In this document: positions 39,372 to 53,861 of the stretch, piece after piece | Layout: every line of letters starts with the position of its first letter | How positions within the stretch are numbered: position 1 is the stretch's first letter | NCBI GenBank assembly: GCA_951406725.2 | Contig: OX597821.1 | Coordinates: 75,578,001-75,642,000 of the forward strand | DNA: 64,000 nt | From: Octopus vulgaris | Lineage: Eukaryota | Direction of reading: 5' to 3' | Notes under the pieces: generated by a model | Seen by the model: the letters and a program-made list of their open reading frames with translations, nothing else | Databases searched by the model: none | What the model was told of the DNA's origin: nothing | Program-made: the position numbers and the translations under genes

Positions 39372-39584
39372 CCTTTCTACTCTACGCAAAAGGCCTGAAA
39401 TTTGGGGGAGGGAACTAGTCGATTACATCGACCCCAGTACGCAACTGGTACTTAATTTATCGACCCCGAAAGGATGAAAGGCAAAGTCGACCTCGGCGGA
39501 TTTTGAATTCAGAACGTACCGGCAGACGAAATACGGCTACGCATTTCGCCCGGCGTGCTAACGTTTCTGCCAGCTCGCCGCCCG
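39372..39584 (-). mobile_element. SINE family A with 17-bp TSD
   Basis: Flanked by taaagaatatatattat at 39355-39371 and 39585-39601. Confidence 0.95.
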
Positions 39585-40089
39585 TAAAGAATATATATTA
39601 TGTGCACATAAATGTTTTACTCAGAGAGTGTGTGTGTGTGTGTGTGTGAGTGAGAGAGGGGGGAGAATGAGTGAGCAGAGAGAAACAATTTGTGTATTAA
39701 ATGGCTGTAGAAGGACATAGCGATAAAGAGAGAGGACAAGGGAAAGAGAAATGGGTGAGAGGTAGAGGGAGAGGGAGAGGGAGAGCGAGTGAAAATGTGT
39801 GACTATGTAAGCCCTCCTCGTCCTCCTCCTCCTCCTCCTACAATCGGCCATTGATTTTAAGTGGATATTGAGTTCTTACACGGCACTACAATTAATTGAG
39901 ATATTCGTAAGCCAAGAACTGTACTGACTGAGCAGATCAAAGCTCAAATAGGTTTCTAGCAGTAACCATTCCTCTTTTTTTCTTTTACACCAGGGACTAT
40001 ATTGACTAATGTATAATATTCCTTTTGTTGATAGTGTGATGAAGAAAATTTGGCTGTTATTTCTAGCTCGGGTATAGTCCAACACTTTG

Positions 40090-41975
40090 TCAGATATCTT
40101 AGGCGCCATTTATTTTCTTTATTTCCGATGTTTTTGGATAGATTTCGGAGCAGTGTTTTATCGCTCTCACATGTTAAATGTTCCCCGTGTTCTCTCACGT
40201 CCTCTTATTTTGCTGGGCATGATGGAAAGTGTCAGCTGTCTACAGCCAGCAGACTAAGGCAACACTTGTTTACTGGTCATGCGTCAAGAACCCTGCGAAA
40301 AATTCTTGGAGTTCCATGCATGCTGATTTTTGTAGGTTATACCTTCACACTTGCACTGATCTGTTTCAGCCATGTTGGTAGTTGAGTGCTGATACTTCCA
40401 AATGCACCAATTACTATTGGTATCACATCTACTCTCCTCATTGACCACAACTTTTGTATTCCCCACTTCAAATCGGCATAGTTAATTTTTTCTTCTTTCA
40501 CATTAATCCTGTTGTCACCGGGGCATGCTATGTCGATTATCATACACACGTTCTCTCTCTTTTTTATTTACCACAACAATGTCTGCTTTCCTATGTCTGG
40601 TTAGGTGATCGTACTGTATTATTGCATTCCACAGGATTTTGCAGTTCTCATTTTCGGTAACTCTTTTTGGAGTTTTTTCATACCATGTCTTTGCTCTTTG
40701 TAGGCCGTGGTTTCCACCGAGCTCTAAATGGATCATTCTTGTTATATTATCATGGCGTTTTTTATATTCGCGTTTTGCCAATGTGGGCCATTCGCTAAAG
40801 ATGGGCCATTCGCTAAAGATGGGCCATACCGTTTCACTCCTCTCACCACACATTCTACATTTGTCGCTATCGGTATTGTTGTCTATTCCGCACTTCATAT
40901 AGATTGTCCTTAATGCTTGTTACTGAGCTGTGCATATGAGTGATTCTGCCTCTATCTTCAAGGTCACGCCTCCTCATCCATAGCCACCGGTCTGCGGTCT
41001 GCTGCGTCTGTCTTTGCGTTCACATCTCTTGCAAACTGACCGAACATTTTCTCTTCCTTCCATGCTTTTTTTTTTATTTTTGTTAATTTCGTGTTTAAAT
41101 TTTTCTTTAGTTACAAAATTTTCAGTTTTGATGACGCCGGCCTTCTTCGTGCATTTCAACAGTAGCTCCACGACATCCTTTATATACTACCCTAGACTGT
41201 TTTCCTCTGCTTTGATACACTCCTACCCTTTCTTCTGGACGAGTACAGCCTATCGGTTTCACACTTAGGGTGGAAAGCTCCGTGTACTGTCAACACTTTT
41301 CTGGTCTTGGTATCCATTTTCTTCACGTTTTGCCATTTTCTTCTCGCTTTTGCCATTTTATCATTCCCGCTCATTTACCGAGGTGATTCTATCGCCCACG
41401 ATTTAACCACTTGGATTTTATTCCAATCTGTCAATTTTGAGCGAAACACCAACCTCCGTCTTTGGAAATACTCCATCCTCGGCTGCTCTTTCGTTTCCGT
41501 TTTCATTCTTTCGTTGAACTCTCGTATACCAAGGTATTTGTATCCTTCCGTTTCAATTTATTTAATCAGGTCTCTGTTCGGTAATTCTATTCCTGCAAGG
41601 GACTGTGTCTTGCCTAATTATTTCGCACTTATTGAGTCCAAATTCCATTCTAATATGAGTACTAAAACAGGGGACCGTGTTCACCAAGGAACTGACTTGT
41701 GTCTCATCTTTGCCATACAGTTTCAAATCATCCATGAAGATGAGGTGGCTGACTGTTTCGGATCTTTCCTTTAGTTGGTACCCAGTTTCATTTTCCTAAG
41801 TACTAAGGTCAAGGATATCATGCAGCGAACGAAAAGCAACAAAGATAGGCTGTCAACCTTCAAAATCCCTCTTCAGATACCGAGGGTGCCGAAGCTTTTT
41901 CGGTAAAATGTCAGTTCAGTTTTCCATTCCACCATACTTCTCTTCAGGAAACACGTTGCATTCCTCACAATTCCA
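40090..41975 (-). mobile_element. R4/Dong-type element, from RT domains 4-7 through the endonuclease (decayed)
   Basis: FLKRSMVEWKT; degenerate KRGIFQGDSLS; SHLIFMDDLKLYGKDETQVSSLVNTV...MEFGLNKC; DKCRMCGERSETV...EYKKRHD; KILW..IQYD...ADIVVV; IIDIACPGD...VIPIVIGAFG. Confidence 0.9.
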
Positions 41976-42240
41976 ATATCATCATCATCATCATCATCAT
42001 CATCATTTATTATTTATTATCATTATCATTATCATTTATTATTTATCATTATCGTTTATTATTTATTATTATCATTATTATTATTATTATCATTATTATT
42101 ATCATTATTATTATTGTCTTCGCACAGCTTCTAACGCTGGAGATGTACTACAGTGTCAGTTGTTCACTACCAGTGAACTAAGGTAACACTCCTTATTTTT
42201 CCTGGGTGGGGGGGGGATTATTATTATTATTATTATTATT

Positions 42241-42315
42241 GAGTGAGAGAGCAGTGCATGCCATCAAAGTGACACTGGGGTAAAATGTACGAAGCCCAGT
42301 ATACCCATCATGACT
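42241..42315 (-). mobile_element. 5'-truncated family F 3' end
   Basis: Reverse complement of the last ~75 bp of F, followed on the minus strand by (AAT)n. Confidence 0.85.
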
Positions 42316-42317
42316 GA

Positions 42318-42655
42318 TCATCATCTCGCTTATTCTCAAATCATCCTGCTGATACTCTCCATGCTCCTCTTTGTGTGCCTTTAACCACTCTGCTTCAGTT
42401 TCCTGTTGTTTCTCCTGAGACCATATGTTTGACGAGAATCTTATACGTTCTTCAGCACCCGGCACGGCCTGTCCTCCTTTTTCTACCTGTTCCTGACTGA
42501 ATCGTTTCTCATTTTGTTCGAAAAGTCTGTTTAATCTGTACTGCTCAATTCTCTGTTCATATCCCTTTATGAGTTTTAGCTTTTAACCTCTGTTTTAATT
42601 CCTCAATCACAACATGGATTCCCTTTTTCTTCACCCTATACTTCCTCTCTAGCTC
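42318..42655 (-). mobile_element. R4-type pre-RT coding remnant
   Basis: ELERKYRVKKKGIHVVIEELKQRLKAK...EQYRLNRLFEQNEKRF...IWSQEKQQETEAEWL. Probably the upstream part of the 40090-41975 element. Confidence 0.75.
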
Positions 42656-42694
42656 ACTCCAGGAACTTCAGGCCTTGTGCCTACAGTAGAAAGG

Positions 42695-42763
<69 letters not shown>

Positions 42764-42827
42764 GTTGTTGTTGTTGTTGTTATTGTTTCGCGATATAATA
42801 GTAACAGTACCAAGTGAGCATTCTTTA

Positions 42828-42894
<67 letters not shown>

Positions 42895-44512
42895 TTGTTT
42901 ACATTTGTACAAGTTGGCTCCAAGTCTCACCCAGAGACCTCTATTATTAATTTTATTATTATTATTTTTTTTTTCTTCTATTGTTGTTATTGTTGTTGTT
43001 TTTTGTTGTTTTTATTGTTGTTATCATTGGTAAACATTGCCCGCAGCGAACCCGAGATACCTTAAAAGAAAAACGAACTCTGAAACCTTTGACAAGCAGC
43101 TCGGCATTTTGGCCACTCGACCAACTTCCTGTTTCCATTGTTACTAACAAGTTTAGTAATAACGAATGTAAGAAAGTTAGTTTGCATCAATTGAATAAAG
43201 ATGTAACTTGAGGAATTGAAATTCTCATTAAAATGTGCACCCCTCTCACGGATAAACTGCTAACGTATGCATTTCATTGTATCAACAACAGCATAAACAG
43301 CAGCGAAGTTTTCTATGGAAGTAGAGGTGGTTGGAAAACCGTCTCTTGTGTATCTGCTATGTCAGATTTGTTCTGACACAGAGGTAGAGGTTGATCGGAA
43401 TACTTGGTTGAATATATGAATATATTGATTCCCCAAATGAGTTGAAGAGAATCGTAAGGCACGGCTTCATGTGCGAAACTAAAGCAATGCTTACAATGCC
43501 TCTGAGGACCAGGAGCATCGGAATCGTATAAGTCAAAACAAGACAACCCTAACCTATCTTGAATCTCGGCATATATCTAACGGAGTAATTTATATATTTT
43601 CGCTAGAGAATATACAGCAGCTCTTACAAAATCTAGTTTAACAATTTTAATGTATATCTCATTATCTCTTATGCTTATACGTTAACTAGTTATCAGTCGA
43701 GATATTATTAGCACTTTCATCTAACCGTATTCTGTATCTTATGACTAACTTTCGCCGAATTTATTTATTTTATTTTATTTTATTTTATTTATTTATTTAT
43801 TTATTATCCAATGAAAACTGTTAATTTTTTCAAAAACTTTAAATACAATGAAGTAACGAAAGTAGAAAACTTGCTTCGTATTTCCGCTGGCATAGGAAAA
43901 TGGCGTAATTGTGAGATGTCTGTCGGTGCTGTTCTAATGTGATTTCATTTATTAGCAGAAATATAATGCCATATTTTAGAGACAGCCTGTTAGCTATATA
44001 GATAAATCGACTGATAATGTAGTGAGCCGTTCTGACACAATTTTCATTACTTAAAATCTCACACGTAATGGAAGGAGTCATTAGCATTAATGCTAATTCT
44101 CGCTAAAAGAAGAGCGGCAACTCCAAATTACAATTAGGTTAACAATTGGAAATGGAGGTATGCTGTATCTGAAAAGGTTCCTGTCGTATTATGCCTCATC
44201 AACGGAGAATATATATTTCATTTCTTGTACCAGGCCTTATAATATTTTCGAGACTATGTCAATTAATGAAGAGAAAAATAATCAATGATTTAATTTTCCT
44301 CGGAAAGAACAATTAATATAGTGTGACCCCACAAAAAAGAAATAAAAGCATTTGAAATAATTGGCAATAATTTTCAATTACAAACAATCGTTATTAATAT
44401 TGAAGTCCTTGCAATGATTCAAAATTTTGTGCTTTCTCCGTTGTGTTTAGTTTTTATGTTTAGTAAAATATTTTCTCAATGAGCGTAAGTGGAAAACGCT
44501 AGCCACTGGATC

Positions 44513-45360
44513 TGGTTAAAAAGATGAGCGATGGCTAGAAGAATATTGAGCTATATCTGATAACCATTTGATCTAGCAAGCGGGGTCTCATATCAGTGAC
44601 GGGAGGGGCAGTGCGCATTGACGCTGTCGAGAGGTAGACACCGAAACGGCGCAAATTCTTTCCTGATGACTCTTGATGGCCTCTGGTATGTAGAGATTTC
44701 GGCTGGTAGCACTTGCATGTGCAAGTTGTTTGCAAAACATTTGAGTTTATTCTTACAGATTTTATATAGAACTCAGAACCCGCGCTGGAAGTTAGATGTT
44801 TCGTAAAATGCACAATATATTTGCTTGCAATTAAGAGGTATATATTTGTTTTCAAGCCGTTTCTATATCTGACGTGCGCTGGGCTGTTCTGTTTGTTATT
44901 TACTGATATACTGTGATAAGGAGGTAACCCTTAATATATACCGGTATATACATGACTATAACGATGACAATAGAGTAACTATAGAACGAAGCATAAGACG
45001 AAGAGGTGTAGCATTATAATAGCAAGTCTTTGATAACTACTGCGCTAACAATATTTTATTTTTTACACATTAGGGATGTACCCTGTCGTCATGAAAAATA
45101 AGCTGGAAAAACAAGTAGGTATAAACTCAAATGTTTTGCAAACAACTTGCACATGCAAGTGCTACCAGCCGAAAGCTCCAAATACCGGAGGCCAGTAAGG
45201 GCCATCAGGAGAGAATGCGTGCGTTTCGGGGCCTACCTCTCGATAGCGTCATTGCGCACAGCACCTAGCCTCACTGATATGAAGCCCCGCTTGCTAGATC
45301 AACTGTTTACCAGATATAGCTCAATATACTTCTAGCCATCGCTCATCGTTATTTTAACCA
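44513..45360. mobile_element. Foldback/MITE-like element with ~240-bp diverged inverted arms
   Basis: 44513-~44750 vs ~45120-45360 share gatgagcgatggctagaag, gatctagcaagcgggg and ttcggctggtagcacttgcatgtgcaagttgtttgcaaaacatttgagtttat in opposite orientation. Confidence 0.8.
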
Positions 45361-45854
45361 AATATTTTTGTAAGGTGTCATCTACATCGTTGTCAAATTA
45401 TGCTGGTTGCTAAGTAAAAAAGATTTATATTTCTCAAGAAATTAACCGATACCATTCGGAAGAAGAATAAAACAGCTTCAAAATCCACACAAGGAAGAAA
45501 CATTTTGCAACGTGACTTTGCTGAAGGAAAAGCACTTGCATGTCTCTTCAGGTTCCCAATGTTTTTCTCTCCAAGGTAAAGGCTGCAGAATGGTAAACAT
45601 TCCCTCAATTCCTCATGAGAATCAAATTCATGTGGTCATGTGTTTCTAGTCGTATAACTTGATACTGGCAGCAAGTTTTCTCGAGAAATGCAGTCACATG
45701 TGTTTGGCACTTATTGTCTACTTTCAGCAATTGCTAGAAGCTATCCACTAAGGTTACACACGGCTCCTCACTAAACTCCTTTCTTAATAATGCAAACGAC
45801 TTTCTCAATACTGACGATTACAATAGCAAACCATTATTACAATTTTATGTTAGA

Positions 45855-46329
45855 AACGATTCTTTTATCATAGAGTTCAAATCCTGCAGAGGTCATTTTT
45901 CCTTTCTTCCCTCTGGGGGTCGATAAAATATTGCACCAGTCAAGTGCAGATGCAATCTACCGATCCATTCTCCTCCGAATTACTGACCTTGTTCCTGTAT
46001 TATAAACAGTTATCATTATTATTATTATTATTATTATTATTGTTATTATTATTGTTGTTGTTGTTGTTGTTGTTGTTGCTATTGTTGTTGTTGTTATTGT
46101 TGTTGTTGTTGTTAAAGTGGTGAACTGATCCAATCTAGCATTCCGTGCAAAATGCTTAGCGGTATTTCGCCCGTCTTTACGTTCTGAGTTGAAATTCCGT
46201 CGAGGTCGACTTTGCTTTTCACCCATCGGGATCGAGAAATTAAGTACCAGTGAAACACGAGGGATCGATGTAATCGACTTATCCCATCCCCCCAAATTAC
46301 CGCCATTGTTGCAAAATTTGAAACCGTTA

Positions 46330-46391
<62 letters not shown>

Positions 46392-46540
46392 TTTATTGTT
46401 ATTATTTCTATTAATGCAGTGAGCTGGCAGAATTGTTAGCACACCGGGCAAAATGCTTAGCGGTATTTCACCCGTCGCTATATTCTGAGTTCAAATTCTA
46501 CCGAGGTCAACTTCGCCTTTTATCCCTTCGGGGCCAATAA

Positions 46541-46545
<5 letters not shown>
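45855..46545 (+). mobile_element. Three successive SINE family A copies separated by (ATT)/(GTT) tracts
   Basis: Copies at ~45855-45990, ~46110-46325 and ~46415-46545, each with a gagttcaaat/gagttgaaat motif followed by a gaggtc motif. Confidence 0.8.
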
Positions 46546-48112
<1,567 letters not shown>

Positions 48113-48126
48113 AAGAAGAAGAAGAA

Positions 48127-48310
48127 CATCGGAAATATACCTTAGGAATGAAAAACCAGGTTCGAAATTCTCCCAGGACACCTGATGAAGGCTGAAGAGT
48201 ACATCAGCCGAAATATTGTGTTAGCAACAAACAAGATGAGGACAAATATCCGTCAAATGTAATCAATGGAATTAATGTACATAATTCCTCAATCTCAAAT
48301 ATAGAACTGT
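48127..48310 (+). mobile_element. Hammerhead-bearing module G, copy 2
   Basis: Homologous to 35739-35910. Lies immediately after the R4 tail. Confidence 0.75.
48177..48222 (+). ncRNA. Minimal type I hammerhead ribozyme motif, core intact
   Basis: gacac-CTGATGA-a-ggctga(8-nt loop)tcagcc-GAAA-TATT-gtgtt. Stem I gacac/gtgtt, 6-bp stem II, palindromic ATAT stem III. Confidence 0.7.
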
Positions 48311-48602
48311 GATATGAAATGAATTTTAACAATTGTAGAGAAATAAAAGCAACCACGTAGGTGGGCAAATAATACAAGTTTTGTAATGAGGAATATGAAA
48401 GATACAAAAATGTGCGGACGTTCTAGATTCAATGCGTATCTAATAACGATTATATAAATGTAGAGTTTAACTTTTTGTATTCCTGGTGTAGGAGGAAAAT
48501 AAACTAGAAAAATACTGTCTTCCCACAAGTATGTTCTCGATGCAGTTCATAACTAATCGGAGTTTTGACTTATTTCATAACGACGAAATCCTTGCTGCTT
48601 AC

Positions 48603-48614
48603 CTCAGCGGCACA
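48603..48614 (-). CDS. Candidate 12-nt microexon (CAAE if phase 0)
   Basis: Minus strand reads ttttatcaatatttattatatcAG|tgtgccgctgag|GTAAGC. Based on splice signals only. Confidence 0.2.
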
Positions 48615-50984
48615 CTGATATAATAAATATTGATAAAAGTAATTACATGACGACACTTGATCTTCAGAGGAAAACAGCATTTTTAAAACACTTCAGTAAA
48701 AGTGACTCCATTAAAAACAACTAACAGATGTTTCCATAGATGTTCACACTGCCAGTTAGATGTTTCTCAACTCTCTTAAATCTGTAAAATTTTTAAGGAC
48801 CTAACATTCTGAAATATTTGAAACTTGGCAACGGAATAAATACAGACTAATAATACTCTGTCTCTATTATTAATTAATAATTTCATAAAATTAGTCTCTG
48901 TTATCCGAGTGCTAGTTTGGACCCACGTGACATTGTCTTTTATCTAACACACTTGATAAAGAGAGCCTCGACGTGGATGGTTGATGTCTTAGAATTAACC
49001 TAATTTCCCTCAAATCCCACCATATCTTAAGAATATCAGGTTATGCAGCTCAAGATTGATTGTGCCTTGATGGAAAGCAGGATGTTCATGGTTAAAATAC
49101 TCAATCAGGATTAAACGACCTCTTGCTAAACAGCAGCAAATGTGCACCGTGAATAAGTTGGCTTTGATTGAATCAAATATAATACCGTAATACTGTAAAA
49201 CCGCTCTTCAAATCTCATGGTTTGTGATAATGTAAGAAATCGACAGTTTAATCTCAGACACACGGACACACATCACACACAAACACACACACACACACAA
49301 ACAAACAAACACACAAAATCCCTTACGAAGAGACGTATACATTTATAAACAATATCCAGGCCATTAAAGATGTATTTTGTCTCTGGAGATATATACTTAT
49401 GAATATATATCAACCCATTAAACAGGTAACTTTCTTTAGCTTTCAATGTCAGATCTTTATCATTTGAAATAATACTGAAATAGCTGTCGACATTACCTTA
49501 TCTGTGTCATCAGAGTAAACATTAAAAACTTTGCCGTTTCGTCTACTTCAATATGAAGATTTGTTATTTTCTATATCTTTTTGTTTTTTTTCTATATTTT
49601 TAAAAGAATACTTTTTCTGTTTCTTTAGACTTTAACCCCAAAATGTTTGTGTAATTTTCCACGTTATTGATCATTAAACATTCTCGGTGATGTGGCAAAG
49701 ATTTTTTAGATTGTTTTAATGCTTTAAATCGTTATTGTTAGTTGAATCAGTGCTTGGAGAATTTAACCAAATGAATTTCTTAAATTATTTCTATCTCTTA
49801 TTTCTATTGGGATTAGTCTCTGCTATTCAGTTGACATGAAGTATTTTGATATTAACCTACTTATTTTTCTCAGGAATAAAGATTATACATTTAGAAGAAG
49901 AGCGCAGAACGGATGGACATTAAATTCTTATTTAAAAAATCTATATATTATTTAAGCATTTTGTAAGATACTCAGTGTTTTGCTTGTGTACTCGCTAACC
50001 TATGTCGGATAGGAACTCAGACAGCTAAGGGACACTTCGAGCGATGCTCTGATGACTCCACCAATAAACCAGGTTGTTATCAATATATCTAAGTTGAACA
50101 AAAGAAATTTCAGACATTTTTTCAATACATATGACCATAATAATTGCTGGTTATCAACCTCCGGGTATGAGTATATATTTAATCTTGATGTGATTCGGAC
50201 TCAAACCGTAAAGTGACAAAACCGTTTCCAAAAGGCATCCCCCACTCCAATGCCTTAAAGGTTTTGTCAATTTCGATGACTGCAAAAATTAAGAATAGGC
50301 AAAAGGCCACGGATGTGACGGCAAGGTGTTCTTCGAGTAATCGTCCTTATTACCTTTGGCCGCTGTTTGGATCCCGTTGTGTCTACTACTCTGATTGGTT
50401 GATATTGGCGCAATTTGTCTCTTACTCGATTGCGCCAACTGTAGCGTATAACGAAAATCACGTCAAACAACCTGTTCTCAACCCAGTTTTGAGCCTACAG
50501 CTTCTTATAAAAACCCAGCTTCTCCTGGTCTCGAAGTCTTTCGATCCTAGACCTTTCTGGGTCTAGCCACTCACCATAAAAGACACTGCCAGTTCCAGCG
50601 ACGACACCACGCCAGCCACGTTGAACGTCGGGACTTACAGACTTCGTCCAACAGCATTACGACAGTCACCTTCTTCGTTGCCACCGTCATGTTGTCAACG
50701 TCGCCAACATCACCTCTCTACGTACACAGCTCAGCCAACAACTCGCCCAGGTTCCAACACTTCTATACAGAGACCACATCCGAATTTGGATGAGCGAGCG
50801 TCGTGTCAATATCGCCGAGGCAAATTTTTTTCAGCCTGATTTTCGATCATATTGCAAGCCTCACCGGTTCTTCCTTCCAACTGTTTTCAATTTTAGACGT
50901 CAAGACAAAGAAAATGATATACTAACCTGTTACTAAACGCCTCAACTGTTCGCTATTGTTTTATTGTTCATAACAATGAAATAC

Positions 50985-51152
50985 CAAATTTTGGCACAAC
51001 GCGAGCAACATCGCGGGGAGAGTGCTCAACTAGTTCTTACTTTATCGGTCCCGAAAGGCAAAATTGCGTTTGAACTCAGAACGTAACAGCAGACGAAATG
51101 CTGCTAAGCAGTTTCTCTGCTGTGCTGGCGATTCTGCCAGCTCACCGCCTTA
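50985..51152 (-). mobile_element. SINE family A, internally deleted
   Basis: ttttggcacaacg...tttgaactcagaacgtaacagcagacgaaatgctgctaagc...gccagctcaccgcc. Confidence 0.75.
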
Positions 51153-52415
51153 GCAGTCCAAATAAGTATTATAAGTTATTTAACCTTCAACACACTGTTT
51201 TCTTGAACTTTCTTTGGTCAGAATAATGTATAATATATACATTTGCAGCTTCTCCAGTTACTGCTAAGAATGGATTGTAATTTGGTTTCGATTCTCAAAC
51301 ACAGATATTTCATTTTAAATATGCATCTAATAACGTCACGGAGAATATGCTACACTGATGTCCTTTCGATTCCAAATTAAGATTTTGTTGTTGCTATCCT
51401 TGTCTTGTTTGTTTGCTTGTCCGTATATGAGTGTGTGTTTGAGAGAGAGAGAGAGGGAGAGAAAGAAAGTGTGAGACGTCAGAATGAACTTGACGAAAAC
51501 AGTAGATTTTCTTTTGAATTGAGAAAGGAAGTGATACATTTCTTGAAATTATATCAATCGCAAATACATGAGTTCCATTGTATTGCACTTTGCAAACCAA
51601 ATATAAAGGTCACTGCAATTCTCTTTCAGACCACACACCCACAAACCAAAACATGAAATGTATATTTGTTAAGATAGTATTTCTATTTTTAAAATTATCT
51701 TCTCATTGGATATTCTGCCAGATTAAATTTCAAAGAATTGTGATCTGAGAACTTAATATATGCCTTTGATCATTGAAGCTAGCCCAGTTGATAAAACACT
51801 TTCGAAATTATAAAGAAAATATACATTGTGATAGACTGAAAACAAAAAGAAAATAAGGGTCAAGCTCTATGACGCCGTTCTTGAACCTGCTTATAGTAAA
51901 ATTCCTCGTGTACCATCAATATGTCTGTTGCTTGTCAAATCTTAAAATATAAAAAAAAATTATAAATATATAAGCTATATTATATTTTTAAGGTTCTGTA
52001 ACTTCAGCAAAGACTGTTCAAGTTGTGTCCAGCTCTCACCAAACCACGCTGTTCCCATGCAGAATTATATATAAACATATCGCCCGCACATATGACTAAA
52101 ACTATCTTTGTTGATGGCTCAACTATTTGAGTGGTCACGATTCGGATACATAGGTAGCATATATACATAAGCAAAACATGTGCTCTCTCAGACAAATATA
52201 TATCTGACTGTGTGAGCATGTGTGTGTGTGTAGTATGTATGCCCTCAATGACAAATATACATATACACTTTACACTCTAAGTAGTCAAGAAAAAACCTGT
52301 AACATTGGATGTGAGCTAAAGGATATTTACCATAAAACGCACCATCTGAAGGAACCAGCCTTGCCATTTTACATAGAGAAATTCAGTATCTGCCTGGATA
52401 TTTTATTCCTCCTCT

Positions 52416-52460
<45 letters not shown>

Positions 52461-53809
52461 CATATATGGGTACAGGGCGTCACCAACAGTAAACAATATA
52501 AAATACGAAAGTAAATAAATTCAATACGCAAGCAACGAGAGAAACAAATGGAAAACAGGACAAGTAACATGAAAAATAACCCTTCACCAGTTGTCGGCTG
52601 TCCATCTACTCCTCATTTCGAGCATTGAACGACAATATAAGTCTTCGAAGACAGTTGCTCCCATATATACCAAAATATAATTTGGGATTTATGGAGGGTG
52701 AAAGCTGGGAACAAAACCAAGACAGTGGAGACATACAAGGAAACCGAATGAAAACGAAGATGGAGGATTGTTAGATCAGAACGAGGGTAAAATAGCGAAC
52801 GCTGGAGAAATATTTCCTTTGAAAATCGAAAAGATAGAAGGGAGAGATAGGATACGTGCTGTCCTTAAGACAGTCTTGAAAGAAAAGAAATTGTGTGAGT
52901 GCATATGTTTCCAAGCCAGTAGATCCTCTGATGTAATAATTACTCAGCCTGGGTTACTTAGCTGCTCATTAGGCCGAAGATACATTAGTTATATGATGGT
53001 TACATTGTCGTTAAGAAATCTCAGTTTAACTCGCCGAGGACATAACTTGAAGTCATCGCTATTCGCCTGCATAGCAACTCTAGTTGCTAGCCGTGAGCTA
53101 CAAAAACGTTTTTTTCTGCTTCGAAATGGCAAAGTCTACAACGTTCGATGCCAAGAAACTATTACTGTTCCTGGACGTTTTTTTTTAATACCATGGACTG
53201 CTCGAAGCTTACTAACCTCCTATACTTAGATACGCGCACACAAACACGTCTCGTGAGGGTGCATGGTCTAGTGATTACTCTTTTACACTGACCGAGTGGT
53301 GCGTTTTGTTCTTGAGCAAAACACTTAGTCTCATGTTGCTCTGTGATCACTTTGACACCTGCCGCACAGTACACCGTTTACCTTTTCAGGCAACGTTCAT
53401 TAGATACACAAAGGGAGCCAATATGCGCCACGAACATTTGATCACTATAAGCTAATCATTTGTGCAGGTCGTACAGAAAAAGCCGGATACTCATACGCCG
53501 TCTGTGTTATTGGCTTCGTTCGGCTTCCTTGTATGACTCCAAGGTCCTGTTTTTCTTCCCAGCTTTGACGCTCCATAAATACCAAATTTTATTTTGGTAC
53601 TTATGCGAGCAACTGTCTTCGGAGACACGTATTGTAGTTCAATGTTTGAAATGAAGAGTAGATAGAGAGCCAACAACTGAGGAAGGGTTGTTCTTTGCGT
53701 TACATGTCCTGTTTTCCATTTGTTTCTCTCGTTGTTTGCGTATTGAACTTATTTGTTTTCATATTTCATGTTATTTACTGTTGGTGATGATGTCTTGTAC
53801 CCATATATG
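52461..53809. mobile_element. Inverted pair of (TA)n-anchored repeat fragments (~290-bp arms)
   Basis: 52461-52752 and 53515-53809 are diverged reverse complements, both abutting (TA)n. A SINE fragment lies between them at ~53255-53480. Confidence 0.8.
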
Positions 53810-53810
53810 C

Positions 53811-53859
<49 letters not shown>

Positions 53860-53861
<2 letters not shown>

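Noticed and set aside
44514-45359. piggyBac assignment based on TTAA near both ends
   Set aside because: The sequence inside the TTAA does not start with the CCY typical of piggyBac TIRs, and the TTAA lies within the inverted arms.
53675-53715. CTGAGGA...ACATGTC hammerhead-like remnant in the inverted arms
   Set aside because: There is no GAAA box in either arm and stem II is poor.
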